Below, piece by piece: positions 53,737 through 64,000 of a stretch of 64,000 bases of DNA (positions within the stretch are counted from its first letter, which is position 1; each line of letters opens with the position of its first letter). The position numbers and the translations under genes were made by a program. Source of the stretch: Selaginella moellendorffii (Eukaryota > Plantae > Lycopodiophyta); the NCBI RefSeq assembly GCF_000143415.4, contig NW_003314313.1, positions 647,430 to 711,429 of the forward strand. Reading direction: 5' to 3'. The notes under the pieces were generated by a model, which worked only from the letters and a program-made list of their open reading frames with translations, was not told the origin of the DNA and did not search any database.

Positions 53737-55464
53737 ATGGCGGGGGAGGAAGAGAGGAGCGGCATTGGCGGCGCAGTGGCGTTCGTAGGGCGGATCTTGG
53801 CGCTCCTTACCGCTCAAGAAGCTGTGGAGAGATTCGTGTGCGAGGAATACGAGCGATCGATTCGCTACATTCGATCGATGCTCGTGCCGGATTGTGGCGC
53901 CGTCGCTCCGCGCCCGCTGCCTCCATCGTCGATAGTCTTGCACCAGCAGGAGCTGGAGAAGAGGATGATGAAGAGGTAGAAGAAAATGTAGCTCGGGTTT
54001 CTATGTCGTAAGTACCAATCGCTGGAATTTTTTGTTCTTTCTTTGTTTTCTATATCCATCTGGATCGCAGTGGCGCGTCTTCCAAAGTCAAGGTACTCGC
54101 ACTACATTTTTCTTTCTTTGTGTGATTGTGGCTGATTAAATTTGTGCTTCACAGCAACCAATTCGTGGAGTCGCGATCAAGAAGAAACCTTTGGACAGAA
54201 AGGTAGGATACACGCTCATACTTTGTCCCTTTACACGTTGTATTTATTTCAAAGGTTGGTTACAACAGTGCGATCGCTCTCAAGCATCCCGTGTCCCCTG
54301 ACTCTACGAGCTTGTCTTGTTCTTCCATAGAGTTCTCTCCAGCGTTTGAGAGTTTGCTCCGGTGGTCCAAAGAACAGGACGGTAACAGAGCAAAGGACGC
54401 TGCTGCAACCTGTCTGATCGCTTTAAAAGGAGGGAGGTTGTCGCGGCAGAGGATCTCACAAGGTGAAAAGAGATTCCTTGCTCAGCTTGGTAGATTGGAA
54501 AATGGCACCCCTTCTTACCAGGTAAGCTTGGAATATTTACTTCTCTCGCATTTCTTATTCTGTCTTCGCTTTTCCCAGATCCAAGACATGCAAATGCATC
54601 TCGGGAAACTGATTCAAACTTGTAAAAGCAAAACTGTCGGCTTCTTGCTGAGAATCGCTCCTGGTAAGCTCTTTGCATTCTCTATTTTAGCTAATGAAGC
54701 GAAGGAATCGTTTTTAGAGCCTAGAGTTTCAAAGCATCGAGATACATGTATGATTGCTCTTTTAAGGGAGTGCTCGAGAGAAGGAACCAGTCTTGTGGAC
54801 TTGAAAGGACGAAGGATACTAAACGATCGTCCCCATAGCTATGATAAACTGTGGCTGTACAAGATTCCAGGTACGAAGCAAGTTTTGATGTTCCAAAAGT
54901 GTCACAAATTAAATTCTTCTTCCAGGTGTTGCGAAGATCCTTGAGCGAAATTTGACTCCTCTAAACATCGGGACTGGGGGAATTGTCTACAATGATCCAA
55001 AGGTAGCACTCTTTTATAACAGGTTTTCTCATAACTTCGCTGGTTAGCAACTTTCACGGGTTCTGGTACTTATTCAACGCTTGGAGATGGTCCTCATACG
55101 ATGGTATCTGGAAGCAGGCGTTGGAGAATTTATTGAGAAAGCTACCAGGTGACTACTGAGTGCTGACTTTTTCTTTTTTCTTTCTGGCCAATGCCTTATC
55201 TGAATATTATCCATTGTGAAGGAGTAAGTTTGATCTTAGACACTGCACACTGGCACACACACTCTTGTGCAAGGAAGGCAGGCGCTCTTTGGTGATTGCC
55301 CAGAGAGATTGATTTGGATATGCTTAGGCAATGAACAGCTTTTTATGATCTGTTGTAATGAACGTTTTTGTTTCTTTGCATGGCGGGCTGGAGAGATTCG
55401 TGTGAAAGGCCATGAACAAAAGAACGTTTTGGTTGTTTTGGCTTGTTATAACGGTTTTGTTTAG
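53737..55464 (+). other. Multi-exon gene or pseudogene of unrecognised family
   Basis: Coding-like blocks separated by short GT...AG introns (donors at e.g. 53976, 54522, 54664, 54871, 55002). I recognise no domain, and the exon model is unresolved. Confidence 0.45.
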
Positions 55465-56428
55465 GAGTGGTGTGAAAAGCTGTGCTTCTTGATGATCCTC
55501 CTGGAACAAGGCCTCCCTCAAGCGATTCCGGGCAATTGAAGGTTGCGTTCTTGGACAGTGGTCATAGGAATCTAATGCCACATTTTTAATCTCATTCCTC
55601 GATATTTGAAAGGCCCTTGCAACAAAGCAAGGTTGGCTGTTCCTTTCATTATTAAGGTGTTATAATAATATAGGATATTTTTGTATTTGAAAAGGATTGG
55701 ATTGTCACTGTTGCTCTATGAAGAATGACATAAACTAGCCCGAATGGCTCATTTCACCCAGAGAGATATAATTATCAGTAAGAGTTTTGAACTCTTTTTA
55801 TGATTCTTGTGTAATAGAGAAAGTCCTAAAATGATCATTTATAAGGATTTTCCATAGTACTCAGAATTTCATTCTATTATGCCCAAAAAACTCATCCTCA
55901 TAGAATGACTTATACTCATATTTATATGGTCATATATCTGTTGCAGTTTCTGCATTTTACAACACGCTATTCCAATTTCAGAATATGGATGCCCTCTGAT
56001 TATAAAAGGTTAAATTCTCAGATGGACAGTTTATTTACTGAGGAAAGAAAATCAGCTTCAGCCCATCTCTTCCCCTGTATTAAGGGAGAAAAGAATCACT
56101 TACATTCCACAGTAGCATGAGATTTTTGCACCAGCACACAAACATTATACAAAGAGAATATTTGAGAATATTTTGTTCTGACCGTTGACTTTTGTTGACA
56201 GTTCGTTGACTCGAGAGGGGTGATTGATACATACTCGGGGGTCCTTCAGTCATGTGAGAACCATTGTCCCATGAAATGTCGGCATGTGTTGTGGATGTTG
56301 TCACATGGCACCAAAGGAAAAGTAACTGTCAAAGAATATTCAGAAATATTTTGTTTTTCCAGCAAGTAAGGATCTAAATATGCGCCGATATGCCTGATTG
56401 AGGCACTACAGTGCGGTCCTTTCTTGAA

Positions 56429-59005
56429 TCCCAAATAGTCGGGAAACTGGCCATAATTGATCGAGCTGTGCAAAGTCTGGAATCAGAGGGCTACGAGTTT
56501 GTGGGGGAGTTGAAAGATCTCACATACGACGAAGTGATCCAGCTAAAGGTGCCTGTCTTTGCTGCTAAGAAGCTTGAGCCGAAAGTGCCACGTATGACTT
56601 CTCTCGCTTCGCGTTTGTTTGTTTGGCTATGATTGTTTTCTCTTTGATCCATGTCGGTGCCAAGAGTTGCTGATCGTATCTATGTCTTCAAAAAAGGTCT
56701 TTGTCTCGTGTCTTTGGCTGTGTGTATGCCTTCGGCTTCTTTTGGAGATTGTCTCTGCCGATTTACCTCAACTTTCGCTAGAGTATCTTGCCTGGCTCTT
56801 TGGGATCTTGGCTTATTTTGTTGAAGGAAATCTGAGTCACAGGGTTATCCATGTCTTCTAAGGCACACTGGAGCGTGATGGTGCCTTGATCTTTTGTGTG
56901 ACTGCATCCTTTCTAGACTGATTTTTTGTAATTTTGCAGTGGCGAGAGAGCCCATTACTCAAGGTACTGAACGCCTGCCCATCCTTTATCAATAGCGTTT
57001 GTTGTGCAGGGGTTGTGGAAGCTATACTACGGACGTTTGGCGATGACCTTTCGGGCACTATTTCCAGCATGACCCCTGAGCACGCGTTCAAAAAAAAGTA
57101 GCTCACCAAGGTTCCAATTTGCCAGCTACAGGTTCCGGGAGGTTGGCAACCGAGTCTTTTGTGGCATGGTCTGGAGCAGCCTCTTGGTTCTAAAGAGATT
57201 CTTTCATTGATGAGAATCAGCAAGCCCGTTGATTGTGTCCGAGACGCTGCAGAGGCTGTATCCAACAGGTCCGATTCCCGTTTCATCCCTCAAGACCTGT
57301 TTGAGGGCGGTGCTCCTGTCAAGGCTTTTCATTCACCGCAAATGTGACGACCTCCTCAAGCCACTCAGCAATTTGACATTTCTTTTCAAGCAGGTTATGC
57401 ACGAGCAGCTCAACTATTTTCAGGCTGACCCTTGGGCCTATTTAACCGGGTGCATCTTTAGCAGATGATCTTCTTGCATTGGAGTCCGTGTTGACCATGA
57501 TGCTCCGTGCGTACACCTGGGACTGGCCGATTATTTTGGACGAGTGCCAGGAGGTGAACACATATCTGAAAGACAGGTTCATAACAGGGGAGGCAGATCA
57601 ATGCTTGATAAGTTTGGTATCGCTCTACATAGTGCTGGGTTCCGCAACACAGTAATCTTTGCTGGGACTGGGAAATCACTGTTTCATTTGGCCACTCACA
57701 TCTCCGAGGTATATTGTATGCGCTCCTGCGTTTCATTCCTAATGTTCGTGTCCACAGACTCTGAAATTCCGTGTGAGCATCTTGTGGTATACATCCTTTG
57801 GCGAGTTTCCTGCGGCAATATGCTAGCAATATACTGGAGGATTGCAGCGTCATAGACTTTGAGAGGCTCGGGGTGCTGTACAGAGGGAGATATCGGGCGT
57901 TTGTTACTGCGTATATCCTTTCTAACCCACCCGCAACCGCAGCTACAGAGTTTTTCTTGGATTATGCCAAAAAGACAACATCCATGAGGTACGTGAAATT
58001 TTGCCTAGCGGCCGAGCTTCTCGACTGATGATTGGAATGCCACAGGGGTGCATCAGCAAGCAAGGGGATGAGTCCTGGAGATTTTATGGGCACAGTGAAC
58101 AGGACCATGCTTGATGATGTCTACCGATTTTTTTCAGGAGTACCGAGCGATGAATTGGCGGCAGCAAAAGCTTTAGGTCAATCAGTTGTCGCGAACCACT
58201 TTTTGATACAGGAAAGATGGTCGTCCTGAATCCAACGTTATCACTGGTGGAGTTTGGACTTGGGAGAGTTCGTTATAAAGGACACGGGCTGATAAAGTGG
58301 GTGTATCAAGATCAAGACGGAATTATTGGGCATGCTGACGCAAGCGAAGAATGCCAAGCTGTAGAGATCTTCGAGCCGCTGGTTTGTCGTACCCTTTGGC
58401 ACTATTTTCAGGAGAATTCCTCCTTGCAACGGATTCAACAGCATCATTTCCTGGACAAGGCCGAATTAAGTACCAGTTCTACTGGGGAGGTTTATGAAAC
58501 TGCTGTTGCAGAGATGATTGGGGAGCATTTAGATGGGAAGTGTCTGGCTGATCTTTTCTCATCATGGAACACACAGCCGATTCCTTCTATCTACAACAAC
58601 ACTGCAACTCTTGCCAGGCCCAAGGTTGATCACCTGAACCTCGTTGGGATTGAGACGGAGGACTTTCGTTTAATCGATTGGATAAACAGCGTGACTAGCG
58701 GTGAAGACGACTTCTTTACTTTCTTTTCAACGGGCAGGAATAAGACTTGCGGCCCAGACATATGGTGGTTTTTGACAGTTACGCAACGTACAGCACCTGA
58801 GCAGGCAGACATGCTTCAATGCGCTGGAGAACCAAGTAGTGGGGAGCAGGTAGACGATCTTCAGTCAGTGACAACTTTCATCATATGTGCAGCTCAAATG
58901 AAGACTCTCCAGGTGCGAAGCAAGAGCTTTGGGTGCCTAAAACTTGTGGTCACAACGGATTTTGTAGATTTGACGAAGTTCCAGCCAAAGGCTAAGCGAA
59001 GTTGA
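56429..59005 (+). pseudogene. Decayed SAM-like + NTPase-like + PD-(D/E)xK nuclease gene (Crinkler/RHS-effector-like)
   Basis: In order: SAM-like LESEGYEFVGELKDLTYDEVIQLKVP..KKL; VLLSRL; Walker-B-like IILDECQ (57530-57550); IFAGTGKS; GRYR; LVEFG; EPL; GEVYE; GPD; AQMK. One in-frame stop and several frameshifts; no Walker A found. Confidence 0.6.
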
Positions 59006-59439
59006 ACACTGCACATTGTCAACAAAAATGTGTTCCAGCGTTGCTCGGGGTTATTGATAGTACAAACATTTGCATGTTAGTTGAGTGACCTTACAGGCAA
59101 CGTCTTCCTGCCTGACTATCGTCACAACTTTTCTACCACCCTTCTTATGCAAAAATAGCTTGTTAAAATCCAACGAAGAGATAGCCTTCTGATATTCACC
59201 TTTGCCATTTTCTGCTAAAAGTTCCACTAGAGCAGAAACATCTTCCCCCTACTCTGGCCAATCCTCCAGCTGCACCAGCACTGCAGACCACTTGGCAGCA
59301 TGGAAGACGCAAGTAGATGCTGAGGTCGCTGCACTCCAGCCTGGGTGGGCCCCAGGTCAACCAGCTTCAGGAAATATGTCCGAGCACTGGCTACCAAAAG
59401 CAAAGAGTTGATACACTTTTGGAGGCTTCAAGAACATTG

Positions 59440-60760
59440 ATAGAGCCTTCAACAATATTCTTCACAGATCTCTACAAGAATTCAACATGTTTACTGAGTT
59501 GAAGTTAGATTTCAGGAGGCAGACAAAGTGCATGGTAACAGCAGAGTGGGAACATGGCAATTCATGGCTAAGACCAGTGGCAAAATTGAAGCCATAGCAA
59601 TGAGCAAGATTGTGCAAGCAAAGTGCAAGTTAGTGGATAATAATTATGCTCTTGAGCTCCCCACAAAAATTCCTGTCCTGCTCACCTCTCCTGCTGGAGA
59701 GGCTCTTACTGCTCATCATTCAAGTTATTGAGGACTGTACAAGCTTGACATTGGACCAGCAGACCAAGAGCATGCATTGAAGGTGATCTCATATGAAGAT
59801 GTGGTGAGTTTTCATGCTCAAGGCATATGGCAAGCTGGAGTTATGGGATGGTTGTTTTCTCGTTGCACGGTGGTGTATCTTCTATGCCTTAAATCTAAAG
59901 TGTTGCATTTCTCAGGCAAGAGGGCAGCACTTGAAACTTAGGTGTGATGGAGGTGGCAAGTACATATCAGGTGAATTTGCCAAGAGGCTGGCATTCTTCA
60001 AAAATTCACAGCTGTGTATTCTACGGTTGTGGTGAGAGGAAGAATTACACTCTAGGAAAGCAAACAAGCTATACTACATGTTAGTGGCTTAGTTGACGCT
60101 ATTCAAGCCAACTATGTCCAAAATTGGTTACCTACCACTGCTGTGGACGGACATACCCTGAGGAGGCTGGATTGGCTTGGTTTCACACTTGTGCATCTTT
60201 GGCTGTGAAGCTTGGGCCAGATGAAAATAGCTTGATGCTAAGAGTGTTGAGGGTAAATTCTTGGGTTATAGACTGCCTGGCGTGGAGACAAGTGATGGCA
60301 AGTCTCCACATTAGCAAACAAGCCAAGTCATCTATCCAAGACACCAAACACCAAGTGTCACACTCATACCGTTATGTACATAACCATACTGCTGTGGTTG
60401 TGTTCCCCATGAATGTTGGGAGGTTGTGGGCATGGAAGTCTAGTATGGGAAAGAAGAGTTATAGCCACATATAGGCAGGATAGTTGTATATAACATGTGG
60501 CAGGGTCTCTGTTCCTATCTTGCATAGGGGGTAGAGATGGGCATCTTTGGGTGTGACTGGCATTTGTTTTTGGCCTAGTTCTATATGAAGTGAGTGCATG
60601 CTCATTTAGTATTTTGCAAGGATGTGCCTGGTGGTGTAGCTCGTGGCATCATGGATGCTGGGGCTGATGATTCTCCCAGGGTTGATGGTAGTTTTGGAAG
60701 CAGGAGTTTTTATTAGAGCGTGCCTACCAGCCTTTAAACACAAAGTTGATCCATGCTAAG
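59440..60760 (+). mobile_element. Highly degenerate Ty1/copia remnant
   Basis: Integrase-like LRCDGGGKYISGEF and GERKNYTL near 59935-60050; possible RNase H remnant (AWKS) near 60430. Boundaries approximate. Confidence 0.6.
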
Positions 60761-60829
60761 GACTAGTTGGAACTTTGTACTATAAGATAAAATTTATATG
60801 ACAATTGTGTCTCTCACACTATGTGAGGA

Positions 60830-62950
60830 TTAACTTGTATTGACTTTCAGCAATCCTTCCACCATCCTTTGCTCTTTTTGGCATCGAGCTGGATCAAGTC
60901 TTTGATAGCTGCTTAAGCCCAGCAGTTGAATGTGTCTCTCCACATAAAGAGTATGAACTGCATGGTGCACTTGGAAGAAGTCCAATCTCCATGCATAGCA
61001 AGCCATAGGGTGCTCTTTGTTTGATGCCAAAGTCATTGGTGTTTGTTGATCTTTTATGCATCCCACCGGTAGATGGCTACTTGGCAGAGCACAACCCACT
61101 CCACTATCAAGGATAGGTGGTTTTGCAAGTTACCACTTATAAGTACCTTAGTTATCACTTCCACCATTAGCAAATATGGACCACTAAAGTAGTACAACAT
61201 GAAGCTGTAGTCGAATGGGCATATTATAGCTTGTTGAACTTAGCTTGCTTTCGAGCTGAAGATCATAATTTTTTTTTTGGTTAAGTTGATCTCAAGACCT
61301 ATGTCCTGGTAGAATTCCTTGAGGGCCTCCAATTGCCATCACATCTTTTTTGTTGTAGCAAGGAGTAGCAAGTCATCCACATAGAGCATGAGATTGGGTG
61401 GTGGAAAGCTCACACTCAGCCACAAGGCTTTCCAATGTGTCAATATAGATGCCAATATCAGGGAGAGTGGGCATCCTTGCTTGACACCAGTGTTGGAAGG
61501 GACTGTTGCTTGTCTAGTGAGCTCGGCTTGAATGTAGGTGTAAAGGTGCTTTATTGCATTGACAATGTCAGCTGGTGCACTGAGTTCCCTTAGTCATTGG
61601 AAAAGGAAGAAGTCCTTTTTAAAATCCATAAAGCCATAGAGGAGCTTGCCACCTTTTGCACAGGAGTGATCCAGCAGGATTCAAAATGTAATCAGGTGGT
61701 TTGTGTAGCTTCTGCATGGGCAAAAGCCAATCTGACCCCCCCATATTAGATGTGTTTTCAGCATCTAGGCATATAGCTTGGAGAAGATGCATGAAAGTCC
61801 TTCATTTGTTCATCATTGAAACACTTAATATATTTTCTTTTCTTCTTTTTGCAAAGTTGCCAAACAATGTGTCACACCCTACTACCCCCAAGATGTAACT
61901 CTTGTCATTTGGTGGCGCTGCAGAGATCAAGTTGGCGTTATGCTTAGCATCCATTGTTGCAGAAAAACCACTGATAGATATTGTTTTCTCTTCTGTCCCT
62001 TCTTCATTCATCAAGTGCTACAAAGCATTCTACATCCCACCAGCGAGCCTTTGAGTACCTGGTAGCCTATTTGACCTTGCATAGGCCAAAAACATCTATG
62101 GCTGCCGTGACAAAGGCCTAGACCAAGTGTGCTGTATGTTGGTCCAGCATAGGCATGTTCTATAGCTAAGACTCTCAAAAAAATTCTTGAAACTTTGGGA
62201 TGTCCTGCAAGTGGAGATGGAAGTTTGGAGACATGAGGTGGACTTGTAGTGTTGCCTTGGAATAGTAGTGAGATGCCAAGTGGGTGGTGGTTTGAAATCT
62301 TGGAATCTGGAAAGTCCTAGAGGTGGTAGTCAACCATAGTGTCAGTTGCAGCTTGCGAGATAAGAGCATAGTCGTTGGTGTTGACACTATTCCACATCAT
62401 GCACCTATGGTAGGCCAATGTTCAGTGTCATTCACAATGAGCAGCTGCATTACCATGCAAAAGTTGAGAAGTTTGATGCCATATGTTGCTTGGTGCTTTG
62501 GTCAGGTCACCTTTTTGCTTGACCAGAGTCTTGCTTGATCCTGTACACATGTTAAAGTCCCCAAGCATTGCAATTGTGGCTTGTGTGTGGCACTGTTCGA
62601 TCATGTGGGCCAGATGGTTGAAGGGGTGACTTTCATTGCCAAGAAGTAGCAGCTAACCACAATTAATTTTTAGGTGGCATTCAATTGATGCTTGAGTATA
62701 TTGAAGGTCATGGAAGACTTTCTGGACTAATTGGTGTATAGCTTGTTAGACATATATGCAAATCCTGGTGTTGGACTCTCCCTCATATTTGCTCATTTTG
62801 CTCAACTTACTGCTGTGATCCATTATCAGCCCTTGGACATTTCATGCTCCAATTTAGATTCGCATGTCCTGATTGAGTGGGGGCACTCCCTAGATGTGTG
62901 CTCTATTTCCTTTGTGAAGCTGTCACCTATTAGCTACTCCAATAATATAG
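60830..62950 (-). mobile_element. Degenerate LINE (APE endonuclease + RT) remnant
   Basis: Minus-strand LGDFN (~62560), DYAL, FMDFKK, GVKQGCPLS (~61480), LYVDD (~61380), GLEINLTK. Boundaries approximate. Confidence 0.8.
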
Positions 62951-63540
62951 CAATTTAAAAGTGACTATATGCATAATATTTTTGCATGCAACTCAAAACA
63001 AAAAATATATGTGCACATGTGTAAATATATAATGCTCCTATACACAATCACATATGCTAATCTACTTTATTTTCCTCAAGATGTAAATTTTCCTTTAATT
63101 TGTTTAACAAAATTTATTTGTTTTTATTCTTTTCCATTTTGTAGCAATGAGCAAATAGAAGAAGCAATAAAGCAAGATTTTCATACTCAAAGTAAGTGGA
63201 AGCAATTAGGCAAAATGTGGCAACATCAGTTTTTGCCTTTTACAAGGTGAAAATAGATTTGTAGATTGGAAAACTACCTACCTTTTCAGATCCAATAACA
63301 TAAATATTTTGCTCTAGTTTGTTCTAGTCCAAAGTTTCCCCAACAATATTTGGGGATAATGATACTTTGTAGACTGGATAAGAACACAAAGTCGGCTGCT
63401 AACAAATTAACTACTAAATCTCTAACTTGAACTCCCATGCTCCTCAGTCAACCATCTTATAAAAGCAAAACTGTCCGTTGCTGAAAATTTTCCTGGTAGG
63501 CTTTTGCTTTTTGCTTTTTTGTACCAACAAATAATATCTC

Positions 63541-63990
63541 AGAACCAAGAGTTTCAAAGCATCGAGATGCCCGTATGGCTGCCCTTCTGAACGGACGAAG
63601 GATACGAACACGATCGTTCTCAAATAGTAGTTGTACTGTCTTCAATGTACAAACAAGTTTTCATGTTTTAAAGTGCCATGATGGAGTTCTTCTTCCTGGT
63701 AGCAAAATTTGACTCCTCTAAACTTCAGGACCGAGATGTGGCTGTTTTATATAGTTCTTCTGACCTTATGGGAACTTTTCTGGTCGACATAGAGTGGTTG
63801 TAAGTGTTGGGAGGCAGGCGTTGGAAAATTTATTGCGAAAGCTACCAGGAGACTGCTACGTTACGGATTTTTTTCCCCTGGCTGGTCTTCATTTGTGTGA
63901 AGCTGAATTTCGATCCTTGGACACTCTAGACTGGCACACTCAAGGAAGGCTACAGTCTCTTAGGTAATCTCCCAGAGATGGACGATTGAT
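63541..63990 (+). pseudogene. Decayed paralogous copy of exons at ~54717-55315
   Basis: Shares AGAGTTTCAAAGCATCGAGAT, AAATTTGACTCCTCTAAAC, AGGCGTTGGA.AATTTATTG, AAAGCTACCAGG and CTGGCACAC in the same order. Confidence 0.75.
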
Positions 63991-64000
63991 TATAGGAGAG

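Noticed and set aside
63146-63250. SKWKQLG resembling coatomer beta-prime
   Set aside because: Seven-residue similarity with no supporting flanks.

Overview
Eukaryotic plant nuclear DNA. Introns of about 47-73 bp, GC-rich genes in very AT-rich spacers and the gene families present suggest a compact lycophyte genome such as Selaginella (inference, not verified). The left two-thirds (1-40.6 kb) is a tau-class glutathione S-transferase array undergoing birth and death: 2 intact genes, 2 pseudogenes and 1 copy with a replaced 5' end. It is invaded by nested elements: a full chromodomain Ty3/gypsy (family A), two copies of a short-LTR, tRNA-Ala-primed gypsy (family B), a self-nesting family with tandem-repeat-filled LTRs (family C), a hAT DNA transposon and a possible copia remnant. 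An initiator tRNA-Met gene and a deleted copy lie in the duplicated block. The right third has intact genes for an RLCK-V-type kinase, COG2 and an intronless subtilase, then a multi-exon gene of unknown family, a decayed gene with SAM-like + NTPase-like + PD-(D/E)xK nuclease motifs resembling Crinkler/RHS-type effectors (best candidate for an unusual system), and copia and LINE remnants. One 100-N assembly gap is at 29663-29762. All calls were made by eye; no searches were run.
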